From assembly GCA_002869205.1 (NCBI GenBank), contig PKTJ01000066.1, positions 187-64,186 on the forward strand: a stretch of 64,000 nt of DNA. The letters run 5' to 3'. The translations under genes were made by a program, and so were the position numbers. This document shows, piece after piece, positions 20,035-28,830 of the stretch. The stretch is from Candidatus Parcubacteria bacterium. GTDB taxonomy: Bacteria > Patescibacteriota > Patescibacteriia > Magasanikbacterales > UBA922. Under the pieces are notes generated by a model that saw nothing but the letters and a program-made list of their open reading frames with translations, ran no database searches and was not told the origin of the DNA. The stretch's first letter is position 1, and every line of letters begins with the position of its first letter.

Positions 20035-21078
20035 TCAGCGAGTTGTGCGGATCGAGGTGTCCCAGTGGTGGTGGTAGATGATGTGACCGAGGTCTGTGAG
20101 CCACGAGACGACACGGATCTTGCCCGACTTGACGAAGGGGTTCAAGAACTGTCGATTCACGAGCGGGACCGTGTCTGCGACGTAGAGGCGATCGAGCGGC
20201 GAGTGATCGAGCTGCAGGTTCTCCACCGCGTCACCACACAGAATGGCGTGCGTAACGATTGCCCAGAATTCGTGGATCTCGGCACGTTCTCGGACGGTGT
20301 TAGCTGTCCTCAGATTCGTGCTGACTGTCGCCGCTTCATCGTCCACAGACAGAACCAGTGCACCTTCGAGTTCATCGACATCTCGATAGATGTCTTTGAT
20401 CTCGACGTCGCGGCTGTTTCCACGACGTTTGTCACCAAACGTCGTGAAGATGTCACAGTCGAGCTCGTCGGCCACGTTCGTGACAGCTTCCTCATAGCGC
20501 TTCTTGGCGCCGTTGTCTGGGTAGTGTACGACGATCTTGTCGTGAGTTTGCAGCGCTTCTTCGAGCGCCTGCTTGAATACGCGCTTGAACATACTCACTT
20601 CGGTGATGAGACCAGGGTCACCGGCCATCACAACCTGCGAAGCGTGGAGATCGACGGAGATGATTCTGTCGAGTCTGCCTTGCGCGGCCGTCTTCATCAG
20701 CGAGACGATGAGGGGTGGAAGAGCGAACTCGTCGTCAGCTTCGTCTCTGTCGGATCGCGAGAGCGGGAAGTAGGCGGTGATGACGGTGATTCGGGCGGCT
20801 CTTCTGCCTGCCACGTGGTTGAGCAAGAAGAATAGGTTCACGAGCATGTCGGGGGTGCCAGGGCCACTGGTCAAGATCACGCAGTCGTGACCGCCGATGT
20901 GCTTCTTCTTCAGCTTGATGAAGGGTTCTTTGCTGCTGCGCCGACCGAAGATCGGAGACGCGATGTCGACAGGCGTCTCTTTCCTTTCGATCTGCTCTTT
21001 GAGAAGGGTGGCGATGTCTTCGAATCCGGGCATGGGAACGAGCGTGAGCGCGCCGTGCTGGCTGTGTCTGTCTTTCAT
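20035..21078 (-). CDS. divergent ribose-phosphate pyrophosphokinase (PRPP synthetase) family protein, second copy
   Basis: Aligns along its whole length to Prs (HDCVILTSG..RITVITAYFPLSRSDRD..DLHASQ..KRRGNSRDVE..SVDDEAATVST). Signature loops are altered: GYARQDRK becomes PLSRSDRD and DTGGT becomes EAATVST. GAGGG ribosome-binding site 8 nt before the ATG. Confidence 0.7.
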   Translation of the reverse strand: MKDRHSQHGALTLVPMPGFEDIATLLKEQIERKETPVDIASPIFGRRSSKEPFIKLKKKHIGGHDCVILTSGPGTPDMLVNLFFLLNHVAGRRAARITVITAYFPLSRSDRDEADDEFALPPLIVSLMKTAAQGRLDRIISVDLHASQVVMAGDPGLITEVSMFKRVFKQALEEALQTHDKIVVHYPDNGAKKRYEEAVTNVADELDCDIFTTFGDKRRGNSRDVEIKDIYRDVDELEGALVLSVDDEAATVSTNLRTANTVRERAEIHEFWAIVTHAILCGDAVENLQLDHSPLDRLYVADTVPLVNRQFLNPFVKSGKIRVVSWLTDLGHIIYHHHWDTSIRTTR

Positions 21079-21158
21079 AACGAAACCCTCGTAATTAGAT
21101 CAAGAAAACGACCTCCCCGGCCGTCTCCTCGATGTGTGAAATGAGCAAACATGTCACC

Positions 21159-21188
21159 ATAATAATTGTTTTGAGTTGTCATGTCAAC
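21159..21188 (-). promoter_or_regulatory. sigma70-like promoter for the prs-like gene (TTGACA-17-TATTAT)
   Basis: Minus-strand -35 at 21183-21188 and -10 at 21159-21164, between the udk terminator and the prs-like ribosome-binding site. Confidence 0.55.
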
Positions 21189-21202
21189 CATAAAAAAAAC
21201 GA

Positions 21203-21233
21203 ACACCCCGAGGCCGAAGCCACCGGGGTTTTA
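21203..21233 (-). terminator. rho-independent terminator downstream of udk
   Basis: Minus strand AAAACCCCGGTGGC-ttcg-GCCTCGGGGTGTT followed by T8. Confidence 0.65.
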
Positions 21234-21239
21234 GTTCGC

Positions 21240-21863
21240 TCAGGATGGGTGGAATCCGTTGAGCATCTGTTCGAGTCCTGCCTGAATGAACAGGCGTGCG
21301 ATCTCGTTGTTCCCGCCGTGTGGCACGATCAGGTTCGCGTGTCTGCGGGTCGGGTGACAGAATTCGTCGTGCATGGGTGCGACAGTGCCTTCCCATTGCT
21401 CGAGGATACCTTCGAGTTTGCGTCCTCGTTCCAGAACGTCTCGTTTGATACGACGCGCGAGACGTGTGTCTCCGGGCGTGTCGACGTAGATCTTGATCTT
21501 GGCGAGGCTTACCAATTCAGGTACAGCGAGCGCGAGTATTCCTTCGGCGATGATGAACGTTTTTGGGTCCACCTGGACACGCTCAGGTTCACGCGAATGC
21601 GTGTTGTAGTCCCAGCGCGGGGTCTGGACCGATACACCATCGACGAGCTCGCGAACGTGTGACACCATTAGGATGTTGTCGAAAGACCCTGGGTGGTCGA
21701 AGTTGCCGTTCTGGACGTAGGGAGACTCGGGGTCGTAATAGAAGTCGTGGCAGATTCGACAGCACTTGTCATCGCCGAGCATTCGGATGATTTCACGCGC
21801 GAGCGTTGTCTTACCAGAACCAGTGCCACCAGCGACGATGATCACGACAGGCGTGTTTTCCAT
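21240..21863 (-). CDS. udk: uridine/cytidine kinase
   Basis: P-loop GGTGSGKTT, NFDHPGSFD, FIIAEGIL, YVDTPGDTRLARRIKRDVLERGR, ANLIVPHGGNN; near colinear with E. coli Udk. Start placed at MENTPVV, which has GGAGG 9 nt upstream. Confidence 0.85.
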   Translation of the reverse strand: MENTPVVIIVAGGTGSGKTTLAREIIRMLGDDKCCRICHDFYYDPESPYVQNGNFDHPGSFDNILMVSHVRELVDGVSVQTPRWDYNTHSREPERVQVDPKTFIIAEGILALAVPELVSLAKIKIYVDTPGDTRLARRIKRDVLERGRKLEGILEQWEGTVAPMHDEFCHPTRRHANLIVPHGGNNEIARLFIQAGLEQMLNGFHPS

Positions 21864-21959
21864 CTTGAGCTTCCTCCAATTTGCAACAAAGCAGGCCATC
21901 GGCCTGCTCCTTTGTTGTATTTCAGAAATATTGTAACGCTACTTTTGTAGTTTGTCAAA

Positions 21960-22220
21960 TTATTCTACATCTCCATTTTCTTTGATTTTTTCGTCTTCGT
22001 ATGGAGCGATGTGTTTTCTATAGAGTTCGAGTTTACATGATTCAAGTGCACCAACAAGTTCGTTCCAGTCTTTATATCTTCCCTCACCTTTGTTCAATAA
22101 AAGAAGTTTTGTGATGGTGTAATTTAGGTCACCAGCACGCTGGTCTGTGCTTATGAGCTTTGCAAGTTCTGTTATTGTTGGATCAAGACGTTCGCGGTCT
22201 TGTGGTAGGATGTATGGCAT
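21960..22220 (-). CDS. hypothetical protein (86 aa)
   Basis: AT-rich, host-like ORF between island A and prs. Confidence 0.4.
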   Translation of the reverse strand: MPYILPQDRERLDPTITELAKLISTDQRAGDLNYTITKLLLLNKGEGRYKDWNELVGALESCKLELYRKHIAPYEDEKIKENGDVE

Positions 22221-22225
22221 ACAAT

Positions 22226-22317
22226 GAGTTTATAAAGTTTAAAAGTTTAAAAAGTATACAAACTAACTATATGTAAAATACTTTACAAACTTTATAACTT
22301 TAGTAACTTTCGAACTC
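22226..22317. repeat. AAAGTT-motif inverted-repeat element (MITE-like), overlaps the 3' end of prs
   Basis: Left arm GAGTTTATAAAGTTTAAAAGTTTAAAAAG and right arm CTTTACAAACTTTATAACTTTAGTAACTTTCGAACTC are imperfect inverted copies; related elements at 53854-53931 and 54097-54183. Confidence 0.5.
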
Positions 22318-23250
22318 ATTAATAGATTTTACACTTTCATTTTTATGGATTTTTGAAATAATTTCAGCAAATCGTTTGCTCACTGACACTATTTCCAAAT
22401 CTCGTAGGTTGTGATGGTCACTTGGAATTGTGTCAGTAGTAATGAATTTGGTGATAGGGGAGTTGTTTAGTTTTTCACTTGCGCCTACACCCAAATTCGC
22501 GTGTATGAAACATGCATCTACACTCACTGCTCCTGCAGAATTGAGGAGAAATTCAGCATCTTCAATCAATGTTCCACCACTAAGTGTTTCGTCATCAATG
22601 ATAAGACATTTTTTATTTTGTACATCACCAATAACACCTTTGATTTTTACTTTTTCATCATTACCAATTCTACGTTTATCCATCATAGCAACAGGTAAGT
22701 CGAGACTGTCGGCATACGATTCCATCATTTTTGCTGCGCCGCTGTCTCCAGCTACGAGAACATAATTAGATAAATCCCAATTCTGTTTTAGGTGTTTGAT
22801 AATATCTGGTGCCGCAATGAGATGATCACACGGTACGCCGAAGAAGCCATGGAGTTGTGCCGAGTGCATCTCCATGATGAGGACACGGTTTGCACCAGCT
22901 GTCTGTAGCATGTCGGCTATGAGTTTGGCAGTAATACAAATTCGTGGTTGATCTTTTTTGTCTGATCGTGCATATGAAAAGTAGGGGAGAACTGCGGTAA
23001 TTCTTTTTGCAGAAGCATCTCTGAGTGTTCTGATATACATGAGAAGTTCCATGATATGGATGTGTACCGGTGTTGTGTGAGTTTGTATAACAAACACATC
23101 ATCTCCTCGCACAGCCTCATCAACAGTCACAAATTTATCTCCATTACTAAATGTTATAGAAGATGTTTGTGTCTCTTCTATATCCAAGTGTTCACAGATT
23201 TTCTTTACAAATCCTTTGTGGCTGCTACCACCAATAATTTTGAGGGACAT
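22300..23250 (-). CDS. prs: ribose-phosphate pyrophosphokinase (host copy)
   Basis: Canonical motifs DDVFVIQTHT, RITAVLPYFSYARSDKK, MEMHSAQ, IIDDETLSGGTL; AT-rich codon usage. Confidence 0.9.
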   Translation of the reverse strand: MSLKIIGGSSHKGFVKKICEHLDIEETQTSSITFSNGDKFVTVDEAVRGDDVFVIQTHTTPVHIHIMELLMYIRTLRDASAKRITAVLPYFSYARSDKKDQPRICITAKLIADMLQTAGANRVLIMEMHSAQLHGFFGVPCDHLIAAPDIIKHLKQNWDLSNYVLVAGDSGAAKMMESYADSLDLPVAMMDKRRIGNDEKVKIKGVIGDVQNKKCLIIDDETLSGGTLIEDAEFLLNSAGAVSVDACFIHANLGVGASEKLNNSPITKFITTDTIPSDHHNLRDLEIVSVSKRFAEIISKIHKNESVKSINEFESY

Positions 23251-23253
23251 ATG

Positions 23254-24453
23254 CTATATATGTGTTAGTTTCATTTTTATAGATCTCATGAAGAGTGTTT
23301 GTATCAGTATACCGCATGCCATGATACCAAGTACAGTCTGTAGATGAGTGCTCGATAAACTCGGTACGAAAAACAGGAGGCTGTAGCTTGCGATTCTACT
23401 CATAATTACGTATACCCATTCTCGAATGACAATATATTCCACACGATGATTTTTGTAATTTGGTAACGTGTGAAGGAGATTGTCTCGGTATGTTTTGGCT
23501 GGGATTTCCATCATTGGTAGGAAGAATTGTCGTGCAAAACCGTAGAGGATATACGTCGCAAACAGAGGGGCGCCAACAACCGACATACTTGCAAGAAAGA
23601 ATATTGATCCACCAAATGTAAGCAAGCTTCTGTAATGTTTGTAATCTATTTTTTTGCCAATGAGCCAGACACTTACAATAGCAAGTATTGAAAACACAGA
23701 AAACCATGTGCCTAATTCTAACTCACTGTTTAATACATCAAAAATAAATATAGGAAGTAGACGTTCAAACGCTCCCTTGAACGCAAGGTTGCCAAAAAAC
23801 CGAGAAGCAAGAAGCTTCGTAATATCTTTGTGGGACCATAGAGCCTTGATAGTTTTTTTGTAATGAAGCGGTGTATTGGTATATTTTTCAATTTTTACAT
23901 TTCCAATGATAGCTGAGAGTACATAGGAGATTGTACCGATGATAAAAATATTTCCATAGCCTAGATTGAATATATTGAGACCGATGGCTGCACCTCCAAC
24001 AATTGGTGCAATAAGATTCACAAAGTTTCGTGTTGCCTCTATCATCCCATTATAATTGCCTCTGTTTTGTTTGTTTGTGGTGGCGAATTGTATGAATAGA
24101 TAACTGAGCCAATACATACCATTGAAAAAACCAAGTGCAAGTCCTGTGATGATAAGGTGGCTTGGTATGTATTCTTTGAATACAAATAGCACAATATAGA
24201 GAATAGATGATCCCACAAGACTCAAAAGACGTGGAATGTGGGGGCGTCCTCTATTTACTATACCTGCAAGCGAGGTGAATGATATTCCGTGTCCAATGAT
24301 TAACGCAATTGAATATGTGGCGATAGCTTGCAGGGAGTTAGTCTGTGTCCACACAAAAACCGCAAAAAATATATTAAATACGGTTCTCCCAAACATGGTT
24401 AAATTGTGTGAAATAATGAGACGTTTTATTTCCTGTGTGTTTATGCGATTCAT
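23254..24453 (-). CDS. MFS-type transporter-like polytopic membrane protein
   Basis: About 12 predicted TM helices in a 6+6 arrangement; no specific substrate motif. Confidence 0.5.
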   Translation of the reverse strand: MNRINTQEIKRLIISHNLTMFGRTVFNIFFAVFVWTQTNSLQAIATYSIALIIGHGISFTSLAGIVNRGRPHIPRLLSLVGSSILYIVLFVFKEYIPSHLIITGLALGFFNGMYWLSYLFIQFATTNKQNRGNYNGMIEATRNFVNLIAPIVGGAAIGLNIFNLGYGNIFIIGTISYVLSAIIGNVKIEKYTNTPLHYKKTIKALWSHKDITKLLASRFFGNLAFKGAFERLLPIFIFDVLNSELELGTWFSVFSILAIVSVWLIGKKIDYKHYRSLLTFGGSIFFLASMSVVGAPLFATYILYGFARQFFLPMMEIPAKTYRDNLLHTLPNYKNHRVEYIVIREWVYVIMSRIASYSLLFFVPSLSSTHLQTVLGIMACGILIQTLFMRSIKMKLTHI

Positions 24454-24502
24454 GCGTTACTTGCTTTGAGTTAAAAATATAAATACTTAGATCATTACCA
24501 TA

Positions 24503-24549
24503 CACCCCTCCCTAACCCTCCCCTAATAGGGGAGGGAATGGGTGGGGTT
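24503..24549. repeat. GC-rich nested-palindrome intergenic repeat, copy 2 (inverted orientation)
   Basis: Its reverse complement matches copy 3 nearly base for base. Confidence 0.6.
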
Positions 24550-24582
24550 TAGCACAAAATAAATAAACAAACATCCTCATCA

Positions 24583-25611
24583 TCATCTAAAATTATTATA
24601 AATTTTCCAACTTGGGTCTGCCTGAATTTTGTTCCAAGCAGTAAATTTTTTATTTTTTGCATGATTGTATGCAGCTACAGCAATCATTGTAGCGTTATCC
24701 ATACAATAGGGTAGAAGAGGAAAAGTAAAAGTAGGCTGTGGTGAAACTTTTTTAATTTCTTTTTCTAATGTGTTTCTGAGTTTTTTGTTTGCTGATACAC
24801 CGCCAGCTAGAATAATAGTTTTTGGATTATATTTTTTTGTGGCTTTGAGTGTTTTTGAAACCAATAAGTCGACAATTGCTTGCTCAAAGCTTGCGCAAAA
24901 ATCATTTTTATCGGTATTAGGATGATCTCGTAAATGATAGAGCGCCGCAGTCTTTAATCCTGAAAAACTCATATCAAAATCTTTTGAATGTATCATGGGG
25001 CGAGGAAAGTCTATTGCTTTTGGATTTCCGGCTTCGGCAAACTTGGAAATCTTTGGTCCACCAGGATAATCGAACTCCAAGAGTTTGGCAACTTTGTCAA
25101 AACATTCTCCTGCAGCGTCGTCTCGTGTGCCACCAACTTTTTTATAGCGTCCTTGTTCTTTGCTTAATATAATTTCTGTATGTCCACCAGACACAACTAA
25201 AGATAATACTGGAAAATTTATATTTCTTTTTCTTCCCTCTTTTTCATTTTCTATTAATACAGAATGTATATGACCTTCGATATGGTTCATGCCAACTATA
25301 GGTATGTCCCATAGATACGAAAGTGTTTTTGCTGTTTCTACGCCCACGATGAGCCCGGTGATGAGCCCGGGTCCCGAAGTAACTGCAATAATATCAGGCT
25401 TTTCAAAATCTTTCATAATTTCTTCTACAACGGGCGTTATTTGTTCTGCATGTTTTCGTCCGGCAATCTCTGGCACGACACCACCATACTTTTTGTGTAT
25501 TTCAATTTGACTTGCAGTTTTTTCTGCAAGTATGTTTATTTTATTGCCTGTTATATCAATCAGCGCGACTGATGTGTCATCACACGATGATTCTATGCCG
25601 AGTATTTTCAC
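24583..25611 (-). CDS. tsaD: tRNA N6-adenosine threonylcarbamoyltransferase
   Basis: Kae1/TsaD motifs: GIESSCDDTSVAL, HIEGH metal site, GGVSAN. Confidence 0.9.
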   Translation of the reverse strand: MKILGIESSCDDTSVALIDITGNKINILAEKTASQIEIHKKYGGVVPEIAGRKHAEQITPVVEEIMKDFEKPDIIAVTSGPGLITGLIVGVETAKTLSYLWDIPIVGMNHIEGHIHSVLIENEKEGRKRNINFPVLSLVVSGGHTEIILSKEQGRYKKVGGTRDDAAGECFDKVAKLLEFDYPGGPKISKFAEAGNPKAIDFPRPMIHSKDFDMSFSGLKTAALYHLRDHPNTDKNDFCASFEQAIVDLLVSKTLKATKKYNPKTIILAGGVSANKKLRNTLEKEIKKVSPQPTFTFPLLPYCMDNATMIAVAAYNHAKNKKFTAWNKIQADPSWKIYNNFR

Positions 25612-25614
25612 AAA

Positions 25615-25899
25615 TTATATTTTAATAGCATTTTTGAGTAATAATTTTATGTCTTTTGCGCTAATACCAAATTGATCCTGTATTTTTTCGATTGATTCTA
25701 TTAAAAAATGAATATTTTGTATACCAAACTCACCGTCTCTTAATTTCATTTTTTCATTTACCCAACTCTCTATCGTGTCATGGTCACTGACCATACATTC
25801 AACAAGTATTTTGTACTCTTGAGGACGCAATGATTGTATAAATTGTGACAAAGCCTCTTTTATTCCCTCCAACCTCTCTCTTTCTCTGTCGTGATTCAT
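25615..25899 (-). CDS. hypothetical protein (94 aa)
   Basis: ORF only. Confidence 0.35.
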   Translation of the reverse strand: MNHDRERERLEGIKEALSQFIQSLRPQEYKILVECMVSDHDTIESWVNEKMKLRDGEFGIQNIHFLIESIEKIQDQFGISAKDIKLLLKNAIKI

Positions 25900-25964
25900 A
25901 TAAGTGTATTATGTGAAATATGATTTTATTTTAGCAAAGAAATAGCAATTTGAACACCTTTAAA

Positions 25965-26204
25965 TTATGTAACCAAGAAGTGTGTTCCTACACTTTCTTT
26001 TCTATCTAGAGCCGACTGAGTAATCAATTTTGCTACAGTATGTAAGTTTTTAAGTTCAAGAATTTCTTTGTTTATACCATCGTTTAATATCTCTTTAAGT
26101 TCTATATTGTATTTATTTAATTCTTCAAGTGTTTTTTTCATATTTTCTTCTTTTCGAATAATGCCAACATTATTCCACATCAATTTTTGAATTGATGATT
26201 TCAT
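25965..26204 (-). pseudogene. nadB: L-aspartate oxidase C-terminal helical-domain fragment, separated from the nadB body by an in-frame TAA
   Basis: Sequence LELKNLHTVAKLITQSALDRKESVGTHF matches the NadB/flavoprotein C-terminal domain. It lies in the same frame as 26247-27485, and the only interruption is a TAA inside the 8-bp tandem repeat. Confidence 0.7.
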
Positions 26205-26230
26205 TTTTTTAATTTTTGGATCATTATTTT

Positions 26231-26274
26231 TTCCAACTTTCCAACTTTACAACTTTCCAACTTTCCAACTTTTT
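26231..26274. repeat. 8-bp tandem repeat (CCAACTTT)x5, i.e. AAAGTTGG on the coding strand; the third unit reads AAAGTTGT and creates TAA
   Basis: Read directly from the sequence. Confidence 0.9.
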
Positions 26275-27485
26275 TCTTTTTCAATATATGTTTTTGTTGC
26301 GTCAACTGCTCTCCCACTAAATACCATACACTCTAGCAAAGAGTTTGATGCGAGACGGTTTGCGCCGTGTACTCCTGTGTGTGCGACTTCGCCAAATGCG
26401 AAGAGTCCAGGAATGTTCGTCCGTCCATCGAGGTCTGTATGAATACCGCCGCATATAAAATGTGCAGCAGGGGATATAGGAATCAAATCTTTGTCCATTT
26501 TGATATCATGCCACCAGAGATTTTCATAGAGGTATGGGAAACGTTTTTTTATATAAGCACTTCCTTTGTGTCTAATATCTAAATATACGGTACCATGCTT
26601 CATTTCTTCCAAAATTGCTCGAGCAACTATATCGCGGGGCGCCAAATCTTTCAATTCATGATAGTTTTTCATGAATTGTTCGCCTTTGCTATTTACAAGA
26701 ACACCGCCTTCACCGCGAACTGTTTCTGATATAAGTAACGACGGCGCACCTTTTTTATTAAGAGCAGTTGGGTGAAACTGAATAAATTCCATATCTTTAA
26801 TTTCAGCACGTGCTTTGTATGCCATCGCGACACCATCACCTGTGGCGATTTTTGGATTTGAATTTCTTTCATATACTTGTCCTGCACCGCCGGTTGCAAG
26901 AATTGTTGCCTTTGCAGAGAAATTGAGAATCTTGTTATTATCAGTGTCCAGGACGAATGCACCTATGCATTGTCTTGGTGTTGAGACGCGATCAATCGCG
27001 TCTTTACTTTCGGCTAATTTAAATGCGACATGCGATTCAAATATGGTTATGCGCTTATGGTGGCGCACTTGGTGAATGAGGGCTCGCTCTATTTCTTTGC
27101 CAGTTGTATCGTGTGCATGAGCGATCCTGCGCTCAGAATGTCCACCTTCTTTGGATAGACATAGCTCGTCTTGTTTTTTGCTAAAGCCAACACCGACGTC
27201 GATGAGTCGCTTGATTTGATTTGGTGCTTCTTTGATCATTATCTCTACTGCTTCTTTATCATTCAGATGGCACCCAGCTTTCATAGTATCTTCGATATGT
27301 TTATCAAAACTATCCATCTTATCTAGTACCGCAGCAATACCACCTTGTGCATAGTTGCTGTTGCTTTCCATAAGCTCTTTTTTGGTCACAATAGCGACAG
27401 TTCCATACTCACTTGCTTGCAAGGCAAAATTCAGGCCTGCAATGCCGCTGCCTATTACTAAGAAGTCAAAACTGTTTTTAAACAT
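26247..27485 (-). CDS. nadB: L-aspartate oxidase, FAD-binding and capping domains (412 aa, truncated by a stop inside the repeat)
   Basis: FAD motifs (VIGSGIAGL, RHHK, HYxxGG), in the nadA/nadC neighbourhood. Confidence 0.85.
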   Translation of the reverse strand: MFKNSFDFLVIGSGIAGLNFALQASEYGTVAIVTKKELMESNSNYAQGGIAAVLDKMDSFDKHIEDTMKAGCHLNDKEAVEIMIKEAPNQIKRLIDVGVGFSKKQDELCLSKEGGHSERRIAHAHDTTGKEIERALIHQVRHHKRITIFESHVAFKLAESKDAIDRVSTPRQCIGAFVLDTDNNKILNFSAKATILATGGAGQVYERNSNPKIATGDGVAMAYKARAEIKDMEFIQFHPTALNKKGAPSLLISETVRGEGGVLVNSKGEQFMKNYHELKDLAPRDIVARAILEEMKHGTVYLDIRHKGSAYIKKRFPYLYENLWWHDIKMDKDLIPISPAAHFICGGIHTDLDGRTNIPGLFAFGEVAHTGVHGANRLASNSLLECMVFSGRAVDATKTYIEKEKSWKVGKL

Positions 27486-27495
27486 ATAATATGCT

Positions 27496-27549
27496 GATTT
27501 CCAGATAACCCAGATTTACGGATATCTGAATTATCTGGAAATCCGAATC
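27496..27549. repeat. palindromic intergenic repeat family P (core GGATTTCCAGATAATCCAGATTTACGGATATC), copy 1
   Basis: 13-bp perfect arms GATTTCCAGATAA/TTATCTGGAAATC; 5 copies in the window. Confidence 0.65.
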
Positions 27550-27558
27550 TTAAAATGA

Positions 27559-28422
27559 TTAAAGAATGTCTAAGCTTATATCCAAAGACTTAACCGAGTG
27601 GGTGAGACTTCCAAGAGAAATTACGTTTACACCACTCTTTGCATAAGAAATAATATTTTTTTCTGTAATACCACCGGATGCTTCAAAAATAATATTTGTT
27701 TTTCCAATTTGTTTTATTATTTTTTTAATATCTTGTGGTTTGAAATTGTCGAACATTATTGCGTCTGGTTTTTGTTTTACAAAGTCTAATATTTGTTTTT
27801 TTGTTTTGCATTCTACTTCTGTGAAGTAACTAGTTACTGGTAACTTGTTACTAGTTACTAATTTGAGATGGTTATCTTTTATCAAAATCCAATCATATAG
27901 ACCAAGTCGGTGGGTGCCTCCGCCGCCGAGTGTCACTGCTTTTTTGTCTACCAATCCCCATTGTGTCTTGCGTGTTGGTACCACAAGTACATGTTTTCCA
28001 ACTTTTTTTACAAGTTTATCAGTTTGCGTTGCAATACCAGACATGCGTTGCATCAAGTTTAGAATCGTGCGTTCAATCTTTAAAATATCTTTTATGCCTC
28101 CTGTTAGTTTTAAAATCTTATCTCCTTTTTTTACTCTCGCTCCGTCTCGCTTGTATCTTGTAATTTGTATCTTGTATCTTTTTAAGAACCATTTTGTTTC
28201 TTCAAGACCAGCGAGTGTGCCAGATTCTTTTGCTTTTAGTATAGCAGTAACTTTTGGATTTCCTTTTATTGTTGCGTCGCTTGTGACGTCACCTTGGCTA
28301 TCCAAATCCTCAATCAAAAAATCCTCAGTTAATCTTTTTACCTGCCTCAAGTACTTACGATTTTTCAAGGTAAGTTTTTCTCTTTGGTTATAATATTTTT
28401 TGATTTTTTGTTGCTTGGTCAT
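27559..28422 (-). CDS. nadC: nicotinate-nucleotide pyrophosphorylase (quinolinate phosphoribosyltransferase)
   Basis: NadC core (LLNLMQRMSGIAT, TRKT, GGGGTHRLGLYD, LIKDNH). Confidence 0.85.
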   Translation of the reverse strand: MTKQQKIKKYYNQREKLTLKNRKYLRQVKRLTEDFLIEDLDSQGDVTSDATIKGNPKVTAILKAKESGTLAGLEETKWFLKRYKIQITRYKRDGARVKKGDKILKLTGGIKDILKIERTILNLMQRMSGIATQTDKLVKKVGKHVLVVPTRKTQWGLVDKKAVTLGGGGTHRLGLYDWILIKDNHLKLVTSNKLPVTSYFTEVECKTKKQILDFVKQKPDAIMFDNFKPQDIKKIIKQIGKTNIIFEASGGITEKNIISYAKSGVNVISLGSLTHSVKSLDISLDIL

Positions 28423-28482
28423 ATTGACTATAAAAATTTATTGTGATATGTTTTATAAGTTACACAACGGAAGGAGAGCCCT

Positions 28483-28701
28483 ATGACGTCAAAGGATGTG
28501 GTTGTCACCATCACGATCGGAGATGCAGAAGGTGATCAAGGTATCAAGGTGTCCGGAGATGTTCACCTGACTCACAACGTCGCGAACAGGGCGCTGAATC
28601 TGTTCGCCAGCACGATGCTTCATGCGCTCGGAGAGAGTAGCATGCTCGCGCGTAACTTCTGGAGTGCGATCTCGAATCTCGCATCAACGGTCCGTAAGTA
28701 G
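28483..28701 (+). CDS. GC-rich island B: hypothetical 72-aa protein inserted inside the NAD operon
   Basis: GC-rich codons in an AT-rich operon. GGAAGGAG ribosome-binding site 6 nt upstream; TTGACT-17-TATGTT promoter 2 bp from the nadC start. A tiny ORF (MPMEVQYI, 28737-28763) with its own GGAGGA site follows. Confidence 0.55.
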   Translation: MTSKDVVVTITIGDAEGDQGIKVSGDVHLTHNVANRALNLFASTMLHALGESSMLARNFWSAISNLASTVRK

Positions 28702-28830
28702 GACTAGTGAGGTTCGGTGACCATGGAGGAAAGGACATGCCCATGGAAGTACAGTATATATGAATTTCGTTTATACTGTTCTATCATGGGTAAATAATTT
28801 TGAAAAGGACTGTAGAGATACGGTTCTTTT

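Larger units (their letters stand above)
19960..21915. other. GC-rich compositional island A (putatively foreign): prs-like paralog plus udk
   Basis: Abrupt switch from AT-rich to GC-rich third codon positions, TGA stop, GGAGG ribosome-binding sites, sigma70-like promoter. Boundaries fall at the dnaE terminator and just upstream of udk. Confidence 0.7.

Noticed and set aside
20065-20835. 256-aa plus-strand ORF inside island A
   Set aside because: Antisense of the Prs-like gene. Arg/Val-rich translation typical of the reverse frame of GC-rich coding DNA, and no ribosome-binding site.
26247-26249. Alternative genetic code (stop-codon reassignment) as the explanation for the in-frame stop in nadB
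   Set aside because: The internal stop is TAA, not TGA. TGA and TAA both terminate other genes cleanly (for example TGA at 42126-42128 with an ATGA overlap). A standard code is most consistent, so the TAA is a genuine stop.
28723-28797. 24-codon ORF MEERTCPWKYSIYEFRLYCSIMGK after the island B gene
   Set aside because: It has no ribosome-binding site and runs into AT-rich host sequence. The 8-codon MPMEVQYI frame with a GGAGGA site is the better, still tentative, candidate.
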